From: Chlamydiales bacterium
GTDB lineage: Bacteria; Chlamydiota; Chlamydiia; Chlamydiales; JARBTN01
Direction of reading: 5' to 3'
DNA length: 46,914 bases
NCBI GenBank assembly: GCA_029240195.1
Contig: JARBTN010000002.1
Location: 1 to 46,914 of the forward strand
The notes under the pieces were generated by a model. The model searched no databases. It was not told where the DNA came from and saw only the letters and a program-made list of their open reading frames with translations. The translations under genes were made by a program, and so were the position numbers. Below are positions 9,864 to 20,745 of the stretch, piece by piece (the stretch's first letter is position 1; each line of letters begins with the position of its first letter).

Positions 9864-10241
9864 AGCACATGCTCATTTACGGCCATAACCCCCCTTTTGC
9901 GCCGGCTTAAAGGCTCTAGACACCTTTTTTTAACTTCAGCATCGTCCATCGGCAGCGGCAAAGAGGGATTGAGGCCTCGTCTGATTGAATGATTCTCCTC
10001 TGCTATATATCAAAATATTTATTAATGCACAATAGAAAATGTGCCTCTGAAGTTGCGCGCTTTTTAAAGAAAAGACCCAAAGGGAGCGTGCTCCCTTTGA
10101 ACCCTTTTTTTTAAAGCAGAGGCTGAAATCTATGAGTGTTAGCAAATATAACTGACCCTATTAAAGCGGCTTGAGATCAAGCCGCTTCCTAATTGCTTTT
10201 CGCTTTAGCGATAGGCAATTAGGAAGCGGAATACAGAACTT

Positions 10242-10360
10242 GGATTCCAAAGGTTTGCCTTTGGCCGGGGATGGTTTGGAAGGGGCAGGCAGCCCCTTCC
10301 AAATCAAGCTCACCGTCAAAAAGTGCGAAACTTCAGGGGCAGAGGCGCTGCCCCCGCCCA
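10242..10360. repeat. REP-like repeat copy plus a partial copy downstream of pckG
   Basis: GGATTCCAAAGG-tttg-CCTTTGG...TTTGGAAGGGGC-aggca-GCCCCTTCCAAA (10242-10303) and GGGGCAGAGGCGCTGCCCC (about 10336-10354). Confidence 0.55.
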
Positions 10361-10367
10361 AAAGAAA

Positions 10368-12245
10368 TCAGTTGGCCAGCGATAGGGCACCCATGGCAGG
10401 AGCGGGCAGAGCCGCTGATGGCTCAAGCTTTTCTTTGAGCGCCTCTAGCTCCAAAGAGAGGCCGCTTGGCAACCGATCTCCGAAGAGGCGGAAATAGGCG
10501 GCTAGCTCTCGGCTCTCTTGCAGCCAGGCTTCTCGATCGATATGAAAGAGCTCTTGAAGAGCGCCAGGAGCCAAATCGAGCCCCGCTATGTCCAAGCTGT
10601 CAATCGATGGGACATACCCAATTGGGTATTCTTGATAATCGATTGCGCCATCGCAGCGCTCAAAGATCCATTTCAAGACGCGTGCATTTTCCCCAAAGCC
10701 TGGCCAGAGCCAGTTTCCCGCCTCATCTTGGCGAAACCAATTGACATGGAAAAATTTGGGGGCATTTTCATGATTTGTCTTCTCCCCCATCTTCAACCAA
10801 TGGGCAAAGTAATCGGCCATATGGTAGCCGCAAAAAGGGAGCATGGCAAAAGGATCATGGCGCAGCGCGCCAACTTGGCCCGCAGCCGCAGCTGTCGTCT
10901 CTGATGACATGGCCGCGCCGAGAAAGACGCCGTGGGCCCAGTTTCTGGCCTCGTAGACTAGAGGGATCGTCTTTTTGCGCCGGCCGCCAAATAAGATGGC
11001 GGCAATTTCAACTCCCTCGGGCGCCTCCCAAGCTGGATCGATGACCGGGCACTGCTTGGCAGAAACAGTAAAGCGCGCATTTGGATGGGCGGCGGGCTGG
11101 TTTCCCGGAGCCCAAGGCTGGCCGCGCCAATCGGTCAACCCTTCCGGAGGCGGGCTCAGCCCCTCCCACCACACATCGCCATCCGCTGTCAAAGCGACAT
11201 TGGTGAAGAGGGCATTTTTCTCAATGGCCCGCATGGCATTGGGATTGGATTTGAGGGACGTGCCGGGAGCCACTCCAAAAAATCCATTTTCAGGGTTGAT
11301 AGCTCTCAGGCGCCCTTGAGGGTCAAAGCGCATCCAGGCAATGTCGTCGCCGACACATTCAATGTGCCAGCCCGGCAGCTTTGAGCGCAACATAGCCAAA
11401 TTGGTCTTGCCGCAGGCGCTGGGGAAAGAGGCGGCAATGTACTTCTTCTTCCCCTCTGGATTGGTCAATCCTAAGATGAGCATATGCTCGGCAAACCACC
11501 CCTCCTCATGGGCAATCTTAGAAGCAATGCGCAAAGCAAAGCACTTCTTGCCGAGGAGCGCATTGCCCCCATAGCCACTGCCAAACGAGAAGATCGCCAA
11601 GTCTTCGGGGAAATGGGCGATGACGGTCTTTTCCGGGCAACAAGGCCACACGCTATCTTCCTCCCCCTCTTTTAGAGGGGAGCCGACGGAATGCAAGCAG
11701 CGCACCAATGCTTCCTCTTTCGATAATAAATCCAAACTGACGCGCGTCATGAGATGCATGTTTAACACGACGTAGGGAGAATCGGTGAGCTGCACGCCGA
11801 TTTTGCTCATAGCAGAGCCGATGGGTCCCATGCTATATGGAATGATATAGAGCGTGCGGCCCTGCATGCAACCTTGAAATAGACCTTGCAGGTGCTCTCG
11901 CATCTCAAGTGGGTCGCGCCAATGGTTTGTCGGACCGGTATCTTCAAAAGAGGCGCTGCAGATGAAGGTGCGCTCTTCCACCCGCGCCACATCGCCGGCA
12001 TGGGATCTGGCCAGATAAGAGCCGGGTCTCTTTTTTTCATTGAGGCGGATCAAGCTCCCCTTTTGAACAAGTTCCTCAGCCAGCCGATCGAACTCCTCTT
12101 GAGACCCGTCGCAGAAATGAACTTTGCTTGGACAGGTTAAAGAGGCGCTCTCTAAAATCCACCGGCGCAATTGGCCAGTTAAACCGCGCCTATTTAGCTC
12201 TTCTTCCAAGCACTCCAAACTATACTGAGCCATAAATCCCACCAT
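10368..12245 (-). CDS. pckG: Phosphoenolpyruvate carboxykinase (GTP)
   Basis: DVARVEERTFIC, GSGYGGNALLGKKCFALR, FPSACGKTNLAM, VGDDIAW, HDPFAMLPFCGY. Confidence 0.97.
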   Translation of the reverse strand: MVGFMAQYSLECLEEELNRRGLTGQLRRWILESASLTCPSKVHFCDGSQEEFDRLAEELVQKGSLIRLNEKKRPGSYLARSHAGDVARVEERTFICSASFEDTGPTNHWRDPLEMREHLQGLFQGCMQGRTLYIIPYSMGPIGSAMSKIGVQLTDSPYVVLNMHLMTRVSLDLLSKEEALVRCLHSVGSPLKEGEEDSVWPCCPEKTVIAHFPEDLAIFSFGSGYGGNALLGKKCFALRIASKIAHEEGWFAEHMLILGLTNPEGKKKYIAASFPSACGKTNLAMLRSKLPGWHIECVGDDIAWMRFDPQGRLRAINPENGFFGVAPGTSLKSNPNAMRAIEKNALFTNVALTADGDVWWEGLSPPPEGLTDWRGQPWAPGNQPAAHPNARFTVSAKQCPVIDPAWEAPEGVEIAAILFGGRRKKTIPLVYEARNWAHGVFLGAAMSSETTAAAAGQVGALRHDPFAMLPFCGYHMADYFAHWLKMGEKTNHENAPKFFHVNWFRQDEAGNWLWPGFGENARVLKWIFERCDGAIDYQEYPIGYVPSIDSLDIAGLDLAPGALQELFHIDREAWLQESRELAAYFRLFGDRLPSGLSLELEALKEKLEPSAALPAPAMGALSLAN

Positions 12246-12441
12246 CTCTTGATGAATAAAGCTTAAGAGTACAAAAGAGCTATTCTTTTTGCACGTCTTT
12301 TTGCATGCAAAAAGAGCGCCCTTCCCTCTCTACCTTTTAGGCGGGAAAGATTCAGTCCTTGCCCTTTAATCTTGCTATTTTTTAAATAACGCTGAGATAA
12401 AATACTTCCTTTTTTTTAATTTTTTTAAAACGAGAGACTCC

Positions 12442-13362
12442 ATGTCCCCTCCTCATTCCCAGTCAAATCTTTCGGCAGAAGCGTTTGAAAAAATGGTGGC
12501 GCATTTTCACGCTTTTCAAGAGGCCGTTCTTCCTCCTTTTCCAGCGTCAAATTCCCAAAGCTCAGACATCCCTTTAGAGAGGCTACCTGCAAAAGACCTA
12601 TCTCCGCTCTTTGCCAGCTCCATTCAGCCCCAGCTTCAGCTTCAGCAACGCAACAGCAGCACTTGCAATCTAGCCCAATGGAAAATCTCCCCCTCCGCGC
12701 ATCATAGCATCATCTATAGCGCTAACTCGAAAGACAACCCCATCTTAGTCGGGGACAGCCCGACCCTTTCGCCAGAAGAAGAGCGAACACCTCTTCCCTC
12801 GAAGCATCATATCGAAGTGCTCTCTACTTCCTTTTTCAAGTGGCCTGTAGAAAAGGCGATCTCTGTCGCCTATTACCAAAGCCTCATTTACAAGAGTTTA
12901 TTCCAGCTGAAAAGTCGCCTATCGTCCCCTACCGATTTAAAGGACATCGCCATCTACATCAGCATGCATCCACTTTTAAAGCACTCAGATGCCGAACAAA
13001 TCCACCTCTTCCTAGAGAAAGCCTTTCAAAAATATGCCGACTTGCATGGGCTCTCTCCAACTCTCCTCGATCTTTCCCATCTATTCAAAGCCCTTGAAAA
13101 TTTGATCGTTGAAAAGGTGGACCCCGCTTTTAAAGAAGAGATGCAGCAGCTTTTAAAAGCAATTTTGCAAGAGGAGCAACAATACATCTACTTGCGAAGA
13201 ATCAAAAACTTGTGGGATGAATCAAGCCCTCAGCGAAGACCATTTGCCACATATGTGCGCCGCATCTTAAAAGAGGCAGACCCCGGCTGCAGCATGCACA
13301 GTTTGCTCCAAACAGGGGCGCTCTACGAAAAGCTCAGCTGTGCGCTGCAAGAGCTCTTATAA
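12442..13362 (+). CDS. Hypothetical protein, paralog of 13497..14873 (one copy of the shared domain)
   Basis: 306-aa ORF with a Ser/Pro/Gln-rich N-terminus; its C-terminal ~190 aa aligns with the neighbouring gene. Confidence 0.7.
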   Translation: MSPPHSQSNLSAEAFEKMVAHFHAFQEAVLPPFPASNSQSSDIPLERLPAKDLSPLFASSIQPQLQLQQRNSSTCNLAQWKISPSAHHSIIYSANSKDNPILVGDSPTLSPEEERTPLPSKHHIEVLSTSFFKWPVEKAISVAYYQSLIYKSLFQLKSRLSSPTDLKDIAIYISMHPLLKHSDAEQIHLFLEKAFQKYADLHGLSPTLLDLSHLFKALENLIVEKVDPAFKEEMQQLLKAILQEEQQYIYLRRIKNLWDESSPQRRPFATYVRRILKEADPGCSMHSLLQTGALYEKLSCALQELL

Positions 13363-13496
13363 GCCCCCAAAGGGCAAGCGACTCGGAAGCGCTCTTTCCA
13401 AGGCTGCCAACTTGACGACAGAGCTTTCGCTTTAACTCAATTTCAAATATGCTTTCCTTAATAAAAAGTTAATTTAAACCTCAACAGGGGATAGAT

Positions 13497-14873
13497 ATGC
13501 TTCCTTTTCACCCTCATTTTCCCCCCAAGGAACCACCAAGCCCTCTCCATTCCCCTTGGCAAATTTTAGAAGGACCGATTGCAGAGGCGCAAAATTCCAT
13601 GACTTATTGGAGAAGCTCCAATGCAACGCAAGAGGAGGCCAATAGACTGTGGGGAATCTTTCAAGATGTGACCTCCTCTCCCCCGCCACTTAAGCTGCAG
13701 CAAATCCAAAGCATCATTTTTAACAAAACACTCTGGACACAGCCCCTCTCTTACCAATATGCTGCCATCTATCGCGTGTTATTAGAAGAGCAAGAGGCTT
13801 TAAAAGACGCCGGCGATTTCAAAGAGATCGCCGCCCATATCGGCATCCATGCGGGGCTTAAAATCGAGCAAATTGAGACCACTCAAAAACAATTGAAGTG
13901 GGCCTTGCAAACCTATAAAATGCGCACAAAAAGCCCCTTTCTCAGCGAGCAGCTGTTAGCTGCCTTTGAAGCACATATCTTGCAAAGGCTCCCAGTCCCT
14001 CTCCAAAAAGAGATGGCGATTTTTTTGAGAGCCATCTTGATTGAAGAGGGTAAAAAAAGCCATGAGCGGACCACACAGCCCTTGTTTGCGTGGAATGGGT
14101 ATCAAGAGATCTCTCCTCCCTACATCCGCCAAATCTTAGCCGAAGCGCGCCTGGAAACAGGCCTGAGCAATCTTTTAGTAGCCGGGCAGCTTTTTGACCA
14201 TTTATGCACGGCCCTACAAGATCCCTTGCCCAATCCGTCAAGCGATCAGGTCGCTTTAACGCCTCCCCTGCCAGTTGAAAGCGCCCCCCCGATTGAGATA
14301 GAAGAGACCCCGCTCCCCTCCCCAAGAAACATCTCGGTGCTCTCCACCCCCTGGGCAAATTGGCCGAGCAAAAAACCAATCCCCCTCTCTTATTACCAAA
14401 GCTTAGTCTATAGAAGTCTCATTGAAAGGCAAGAGGATATTCCCCCTCAGGCTAGCTTAAAAAAGATCGCCAAAGCTATTGCGCCGCATCCAGCCCTTCG
14501 CGGATCAAATGCCGTGCAAATTCACGCCCTCTTTAAAAAAATCGCCGCTGGCGCCAGGCAAATCAATCAGCCATCGGATTCTTCTTTTGGTCTATCTGAT
14601 GTAATCAAAGCTTTGGAGGAGACGCTCTCTAAAAATGTCCAGGAACCCTTTCAAGAAGGAATGCCAGGTTTTTTAAAAGCGGTGATTCTAGAAGAGCAAA
14701 AACGGGTCAATTATCGAAAAATGAAAAACCTGTGGGGAGAGCCCAATTTGTATAATAATGCGCATTACCGCTATGTGAGGCAGTTTTTAAAGGTAAAGCA
14801 GGGGGTCAGTGTCTCGTTTTTATTAGAAAAAGGGCTCCTTTACGAGACGTTTAGCTATGCGCTGCAAAAGTAA
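13497..14873 (+). CDS. Hypothetical protein with two copies of the shared domain
   Basis: 458-aa ORF with AGGGG RBS, Pro-rich N-terminus and an internal duplication. Confidence 0.7.
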   Translation: MLPFHPHFPPKEPPSPLHSPWQILEGPIAEAQNSMTYWRSSNATQEEANRLWGIFQDVTSSPPPLKLQQIQSIIFNKTLWTQPLSYQYAAIYRVLLEEQEALKDAGDFKEIAAHIGIHAGLKIEQIETTQKQLKWALQTYKMRTKSPFLSEQLLAAFEAHILQRLPVPLQKEMAIFLRAILIEEGKKSHERTTQPLFAWNGYQEISPPYIRQILAEARLETGLSNLLVAGQLFDHLCTALQDPLPNPSSDQVALTPPLPVESAPPIEIEETPLPSPRNISVLSTPWANWPSKKPIPLSYYQSLVYRSLIERQEDIPPQASLKKIAKAIAPHPALRGSNAVQIHALFKKIAAGARQINQPSDSSFGLSDVIKALEETLSKNVQEPFQEGMPGFLKAVILEEQKRVNYRKMKNLWGEPNLYNNAHYRYVRQFLKVKQGVSVSFLLEKGLLYETFSYALQK

Positions 14874-14942
14874 AGATAGCCCCTCCGATTTCTTAGATCA
14901 GATAAAAATCTGGAGAGGGGCATTTTTGGCTAGTGAAAAGAA

Positions 14943-16046
14943 CTAAAAACTTTTGCGCTTCTTGAATTTGTAGAGGTATTCGAGCGCTTTGCCCGTGCCG
15001 AGGCAGACCGCCAAGAGGGGGTTTTCGGCAATGATGACAGGTAAGCCCGTCTCTTTGATGAGCGCTTTATCAAAACCTTTGATGAGCGCGCCACCGCCAG
15101 CAATGACCATACCCCGCTCGACTAAGTCGGCTGCCAATTCAGGAGGGCATTTCTCCAAAGTGAGTTTGACGCCTTCGATGATCTGCTGGATAGGCTCGGC
15201 CAGGCACTCGCGAATTTCGACGGAGTTGATCCGTTTAGTTTCGGGCAATCCGGCGACCTGGTCGCGGCCGCGCACTTCCATCTCCAGCTCATTATCCCCT
15301 AAGGAATAGGCCGAACCGATGGTGATCTTGATCTCTTCGGCGGTGCGAGGGCCGATCATGAGGTTATAAGTGCGGCGCATGTAGTTCATGATGCATTCAT
15401 CAAACTCATCGCCGGCGATGCGCAAAGAGCGCGATTCGACAATGCCGCCGAGGGAGATGATGGCAATTTCAGTGGTTCCGCCGCCGATGTCGATGATCAT
15501 ATTGGCCGATGGCTCATGGACGGGCAGGTCGACGCCAATAGCTGCAGCCATCGGCTCTTCGATGAGAAGCACTTCTTGAGCACCGGCGTGGAGAGCGGAA
15601 TCTTCGACAGCTCGCTTTTCGACGCCGGTGATGCCGGATGGGACAGCGATCAGGATTTTTGGGCGAAAGAGGCTGCGCGAAGGGGTCACTTTTTTAATGA
15701 GCGCCTTCAACATCCCTTCAGCAATCTCAAAGTCGGCGATGACGCCATCTTTCATGGGCCGGACGGCATGGATTTTGCGAGGCGTCTTGCCAAGCATCGC
15801 CTTGGCTTTATGGCCGACGGCGAGCACTTCATTGGTTACAGAATCGACAGCGACGACAGAAGGCTCTGCGAGTACAATTCCCTTGCCGCGGACAAAGACC
15901 AGCGTGTTGGCTGTGCCCAGATCGATGCCGATGTCATTGGAGAAGACGCCTTTGAATCGGCCAAGACGGGCCTCAATTGCTTGATATAAACGCGTTAAAA
16001 TGGTCGCCCCAACAGCTTTGTTGCCCGACTGGCTTTTTGTGCTCAT
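14943..16046 (-). CDS. mreB: Rod shape-determining protein MreB
   Basis: [48 protein letters not shown]; N-terminal extension typical of chlamydial MreB. Confidence 0.97.
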   Translation of the reverse strand: MSTKSQSGNKAVGATILTRLYQAIEARLGRFKGVFSNDIGIDLGTANTLVFVRGKGIVLAEPSVVAVDSVTNEVLAVGHKAKAMLGKTPRKIHAVRPMKDGVIADFEIAEGMLKALIKKVTPSRSLFRPKILIAVPSGITGVEKRAVEDSALHAGAQEVLLIEEPMAAAIGVDLPVHEPSANMIIDIGGGTTEIAIISLGGIVESRSLRIAGDEFDECIMNYMRRTYNLMIGPRTAEEIKITIGSAYSLGDNELEMEVRGRDQVAGLPETKRINSVEIRECLAEPIQQIIEGVKLTLEKCPPELAADLVERGMVIAGGGALIKGFDKALIKETGLPVIIAENPLLAVCLGTGKALEYLYKFKKRKSF

Positions 16047-16240
16047 CTAAATTAAAGACCTCTGTTCCATATAGATTCTTAAGCGCGTTTGACGTTGTTT
16101 TTGTTCCAACCCAAAACTCTTAAGCTGCTAAGAATTTTGCCCGTCAGAGCGCTTTTTCGACAATAGTTTTTAAATTCCAGCAGCCCTCTATCGCTTTTTC
16201 AAGATAAAAAGGGGGATGAATCAATCGATGAGCTGGGTTT

Positions 16241-19200
16241 TTAAGTTTGTAAAAGTTCGAGCACTTCTTCCCAGGTGAGCTTGGCCATGGCTTCTTCGTC
16301 GCAGCTGATGATCTCTTTGACGAGCCCTTTTTTGCGCTGCTGCAGCTCTAATATCTTTTCTTCGATGGTCCCCATGGTGATCAGCTTGTAAGAGGAAACG
16401 GATCGCTTTTGGCCGAGGCGGTGCACCCGGTCGGTGGCCTGGTTTTCCACAGCGGGGTTCCACCACAGATCATAGTGAATGACTGTATCGGCGCCGACCA
16501 AGTTCAAGCCCGCTCCCCCAGCCTTTAAGGAGACCAAGAAGACAGAGATGGTTGGATCTTCGTTGAATTGCTTGACAATGCCCATGCGGTTTTTGCTCGA
16601 CCCATCGAGGTAGCTAAAGCGAATGCCGAGCTGCTCTAGGTCTTCGCGCATGATGCTGAGCATACGGGTGTATTGGCTGAAGATGACGGTCTTGTGGTTG
16701 CTTTCAATTAGCGATTGGAGCAGCTCGATGAGCATGTCGTATTTGGCTGAATCGCCGGGTTCTGCCTTTTCTTTGGCAAAGATGGCCGGATGGCAGCAGA
16801 TTTGTTTGAGGCGCGTGAGGGTGGCCAACACGTGAATTTGAATGCGCTCAAAGCCCTCTTTGCTGACCAGCCGCGACAATTCTTCCCGCGCCGAATCGGC
16901 ATAGGAGCGGTAGAGCTCTTTTTGGGTATTGGACAAGTGGCAATGATACAAAATATGGGAGACGGCCGGCAATTCATCGAGCACGTCGGCTTTCATGCGG
17001 CGCAAGATGAATGGGCTGAGCTTGCGGCGCAGCACCTCTAAGCTTTTGCCTGTGGGGTAGTTGGGATTGCGGATGTATTTTTCGATGAAGCGATCAAAGG
17101 AGCTGAGAAGTCCGGGCATCAAGAAGTCAAAAAGGCTCCAGATATCTTCTAAAGAATTTTCCAGCGGCGTTCCCGTCAGGATCAGGCGGTGGGCGGCCTG
17201 GATCATCTTCACCGATTTGGCGTTGCGGGTGCCCCGGTTTTTAATGTGCTGCGCCTCATCTAAGATGGCATAGCCAAAGGGAATATTCTTATAGGTCTCG
17301 ATATCTTTTTGCAACAAGGTGTAAGAGGTGATGACGACATCGGCGCCCTTGAGCCCCTCGAGCTGCTTGCGCCTTTGCTGGGGGGTGCCGTCGATAGGCA
17401 GAGCGACTAGCTGGTTATTGAATTTGGTAAATTCCTCTTTCCAGTTATAGATCAAGGAAGTAGGGCAGACGACAAGGGCCGGTTTCTTTTCTTCCGACTG
17501 CTGGATGTATTGCGTGACGGCGGTGATGGCCTGCAATGTCTTGCCAAGCCCCATATCGTCGGCGAGGATGCCGTTTAAGTGCATGGAGCGGAGCCGCTCT
17601 AGCCAATGAACCCCTTCTGTTTGGTAAGAGCGCAAGTCTGCTTTGACCTCTTTGGGCAGAGGCGACGCTTCGAGCACCCCTTTGCCAAGCATCTGCTCTT
17701 GGATGCGCAGCAGCTTTTTAGAGATCTGAAAGGAGATGGGCAAGTTTTCAAACTGCTCTGGCTGGATGCTAGTCAAAGTCCAAAGAGGCCTGTCTTCGGC
17801 ATGGTCGGAGAAGATAGCAATGCCAATCTCATCGAAGAGCTGGACAATGGGGCTCAGCTTTTCCAAATCGAGCACCAAGATCTTTTGAATTTTGGGGGCG
17901 TTCTTATCCGCTTTCTTGCTGCCATTTTTCTTTTGCAGTTCGATGAAGGCGCGCCGGGAGGTGATGCAATCCCAGAGCAAGTCGGTGGAGACGCCCTTCA
18001 AGTCGCCGTCTACCTTGAGAGTCACTTGGTAGCAGTCGACGAGGGAGGATTCTTTCAACGAAAGGGAAAAAGAGGTGGAGTCGTAGATGAATTGGTCGAG
18101 CAAATTTTCAGGGCAGTTGAAGGTGACCCGGTGCTGGTTTCTCGGGATCACTTCAGTCATGAATTCGACGATCTTCTTATCGCTTTTGCAGATATAGCCG
18201 CCCATTTCTTCGCTATAGTAAAAATCTTGGAAGAGGTCGAGCAGGATCGATTGCTCTTCGATCAAGTTGCGGGCCAGTATCCCCTCTTGGCGGTTGAATT
18301 TATAGAGGTGGGCGGCTTTAAGCTGGGAAAAGGCGGAAGGAATTTTTAAATCGCCATAGAGAAAGTGGATGGCAGCCTCCATCTCTCCATTGAGGTACTG
18401 GATATCGCATATGGCTTTTAAAGTGTCGACAAAGGGCAATGTGACAAATTGCTCGAGCTTTTCTTTGTTGACGACATCGGCAAAGTGGAGCAGCTCAGGG
18501 AGGGCATTTTCAATGAAAGTGCCAAAGAGGGGCTCTGGAATGGTCAGGTCGCGGATGGCCTGAAGCGCCTGCAAGTGGCGCCGTTGGATTTTCTCTTCAA
18601 AGTGCCAATAGGTGTTTTGATAGATTAAGCCCGGCATGGCTCCATCGAAGAAGCAGGCCTGCTCGAGGGCGATCGAAACTTCAGCATCGAGCATCAGGAG
18701 GGGTTTGAGCATGATCTTAGGGGAAAAGGCCTCTAAATACTCTAGCTCAAAGCGAAAGCGGAGGTGAGATCTGGAGACGTAGAGCGGCTGCTCTAAGCTA
18801 CCGATATAGAGGCTTGGCAAAAGCTGCCCTTTTTCATCGACGACAGCCTTGATTGCCCCGCTGGTGCTCATCTCAGCGGTCTCAGCTAAGAGCGAACCTA
18901 AGCGGTCCACTTTAATCCAGGCCTGTTTTTGGGCCTTTTCTTGATTGCTATCATGGAACAGGGCAAAGTCGATCAGCATTTTGACGATGGCCTGGCCGCA
19001 AAGATCAAAAGACTCGAGGCAAAAAAAGTAGTTTTTTCCAGAGATGTTGATCGGTTCTAGATAGCGAAGGCTTTCGACAAACAGCTTGAGGTTGGGGATA
19101 TTGAGCGGTTTTGAGCGGTAGGGCAAGCGCAAGGCCACAGAGATCTCTTGAAAGCGCTCCTCTTCCGCCCCTTTTTTAGGGTCCCCAAGCAAGATGAGGG

Positions 19201-19750
19201 CAATCTCGGCCTTGTCGACCGGCCATTTGGTCAACGGACGAAAGAAGGGGGAGGCGCCGAGAACTTTGGCCGATAGGATGTATTCGTCGAGCAACTGCTT
19301 TTCAATCTCTTTACCTTTGCGCTCGATTTCTTTACTTTCAGCTGCTTTAAAAGCCTCTCTAAGCTGCGTGCGGTCTTTTTCATCGACGCCATCGAATTTC
19401 TCTAAGTCGTTTTCCTTGGAGAAGGCGACGATGATGGCGTCAAAATTTTTCTCAAGATAGCTAAGCACAGCAGCGAGATGGGAGCAGTCATATTGGTAGG
19501 TGCAATCGCAGTTGGAATCGATGATATCCGACTCGTGGCGGTCGATTTCAATTTCGCACTCATAGGAGTTGTCGTGCTTGCCCTGGACGCGGCTGCTTAA
19601 TCGAATGTTATCTTTGGACAAATTGATGATCTTGGCCGAGAGCACCATTCCATTTTCAAAAGCGGCCTTCCCTTCGCGCAAAACAGCAGTTGCGAAATCT
19701 TGTCTTAATTTACGAAAATTAAGCATTTTTCCACTTTTTAGAAGCGACAT
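16241..19750 (-). CDS. SWIM zinc finger + SNF2-family helicase
   Basis: SNCDC...DCSHLAAV (SWIM), GILADDMGLGKT, ILDEAQHIKN, LTGTPLEN, WWNPAVENQATDRVHRLGQ. Confidence 0.93.
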   Translation of the reverse strand: MSLLKSGKMLNFRKLRQDFATAVLREGKAAFENGMVLSAKIINLSKDNIRLSSRVQGKHDNSYECEIEIDRHESDIIDSNCDCTYQYDCSHLAAVLSYLEKNFDAIIVAFSKENDLEKFDGVDEKDRTQLREAFKAAESKEIERKGKEIEKQLLDEYILSAKVLGASPFFRPLTKWPVDKAEIALILLGDPKKGAEEERFQEISVALRLPYRSKPLNIPNLKLFVESLRYLEPINISGKNYFFCLESFDLCGQAIVKMLIDFALFHDSNQEKAQKQAWIKVDRLGSLLAETAEMSTSGAIKAVVDEKGQLLPSLYIGSLEQPLYVSRSHLRFRFELEYLEAFSPKIMLKPLLMLDAEVSIALEQACFFDGAMPGLIYQNTYWHFEEKIQRRHLQALQAIRDLTIPEPLFGTFIENALPELLHFADVVNKEKLEQFVTLPFVDTLKAICDIQYLNGEMEAAIHFLYGDLKIPSAFSQLKAAHLYKFNRQEGILARNLIEEQSILLDLFQDFYYSEEMGGYICKSDKKIVEFMTEVIPRNQHRVTFNCPENLLDQFIYDSTSFSLSLKESSLVDCYQVTLKVDGDLKGVSTDLLWDCITSRRAFIELQKKNGSKKADKNAPKIQKILVLDLEKLSPIVQLFDEIGIAIFSDHAEDRPLWTLTSIQPEQFENLPISFQISKKLLRIQEQMLGKGVLEASPLPKEVKADLRSYQTEGVHWLERLRSMHLNGILADDMGLGKTLQAITAVTQYIQQSEEKKPALVVCPTSLIYNWKEEFTKFNNQLVALPIDGTPQQRRKQLEGLKGADVVITSYTLLQKDIETYKNIPFGYAILDEAQHIKNRGTRNAKSVKMIQAAHRLILTGTPLENSLEDIWSLFDFLMPGLLSSFDRFIEKYIRNPNYPTGKSLEVLRRKLSPFILRRMKADVLDELPAVSHILYHCHLSNTQKELYRSYADSAREELSRLVSKEGFERIQIHVLATLTRLKQICCHPAIFAKEKAEPGDSAKYDMLIELLQSLIESNHKTVIFSQYTRMLSIMREDLEQLGIRFSYLDGSSKNRMGIVKQFNEDPTISVFLVSLKAGGAGLNLVGADTVIHYDLWWNPAVENQATDRVHRLGQKRSVSSYKLITMGTIEEKILELQQRKKGLVKEIISCDEEAMAKLTWEEVLELLQT

Positions 19751-20480
19751 AATCCCTCATACCTTTTTGCGCGGGTTTTAACGCACGGCGATTAAAATTT
19801 TTAGGGGCAAAGCGACCGCTTAAGCTTTGGCGTGATACCCATAAAAACTTCAATTGCCTTGCACTAAAAACCGGCAGCTTAAAATAACGCTTTCAAGGCA
19901 AGCGCACTCACCGCTAGAAAACATTGACAACAAGAGGTTTCTAGTTGCCTCTTTTTTCATTTGAAGTCAAGCATTAAAATGATAGGGCGTTAAAAATACG
20001 CTCCCCATGCGAGGCTTTTTAAGGGCGACCTAAGAGGCGGCTCGCTTTCGAGCATTAAAGGGATTTAAAAAAAAATTTACAACAAAAAAAGTATCCTTTG
20101 CAGCATCTCTTATCCAATCAGCACTATTTGGCATCTGACTTGCTTCTCTCAAAGCCTGCATCCAGCCGCCATGTGCCGCGCTTAGCCGCATTGAGGTTTT
20201 AGGGGCTCCACTCAAACTTTTAAGGATAGGATACTCCATGCTCAGCATCGACAAGAATGCAGATCCAAGGCTCATTTTAGAGCCCTGGGAGAGAGACTTT
20301 TTATCAGGGACAGTCTCCCATCTCATTCCGGAGCTATCCCAAATGATTGGCACTACAAGCCAAGCGGTGCCTTTACAAGCAGAGCCTTTAACAGATGTCT
20401 TATATGACTCTTTCTCAATGGCGGGAAAATAGGCCAAGGCCCTTTCTCGAGTCACCTATCACTAAAAATGAGAAAGATTC

Positions 20481-20510
20481 TTGCCAAAAAAAAGAGCAAA
20501 GGTGTAGAAT
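20481..20510 (+). promoter_or_regulatory. Sigma66/70-type promoter for the tRNA-Gly cluster
   Basis: TTGCCA-N18-TAGAAT ending 17 nt upstream of the first tRNA. Confidence 0.55.
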
Positions 20511-20527
20511 TGCCTTTCGTGATAAGC

Positions 20528-20600
20528 GCGGGTGTAGCTCAGTTGGTAGAGCATCACCTTCCCAAGGTGAGGGTCGTGAGTTCGAGACTCATCGCCCGCT
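20528..20600 (+). tRNA. tRNA-Gly(CCC)
   Basis: GCGGGTG acceptor, anticodon arm TCACC-TTCCCAA-GGTGA, GTTCGAG T-loop. Confidence 0.95.
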
Positions 20601-20645
20601 TATCTAAAAGAAGACGAATCTCCTGCTTTTTTAAGCAGCAATTTT

Positions 20646-20717
20646 GCGGGTGTAGCTCAGTGGTAGAGCATCACGTTGCCAACGTGAGGGTCGTGAGTTC
20701 AAGTCTCATCACCCGCT
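20646..20717 (+). tRNA. tRNA-Gly(GCC)
   Basis: Anticodon arm TCACG-TTGCCAA-CGTGA with a complete cloverleaf. Confidence 0.95.
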
Positions 20718-20745
20718 TTTTTTTCTTTCAGTTTTTTTTCTTCTT

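Noticed and set aside
10368-10425. Short Ala/Pro C-terminal extension on PckG
   Set aside because: Most simply explained by stop-codon drift; no supporting signal.
17606-18349. 247-aa plus-strand ORF
   Set aside because: Antisense shadow of the SNF2 helicase gene.
16241-19750. SNF2 helicase as part of a defence system
   Set aside because: It sits in the conserved chlamydial tig-SNF2-mreB neighbourhood with no defence partners nearby.
20007-20455. ORFs between the SNF2 gene and the tRNA cluster (141 aa on the minus strand; 64 aa on the plus strand with in-frame stops upstream)
   Set aside because: No recognisable motif or clear RBS. I cannot tell which strand, if either, is coding; it may be a remnant.
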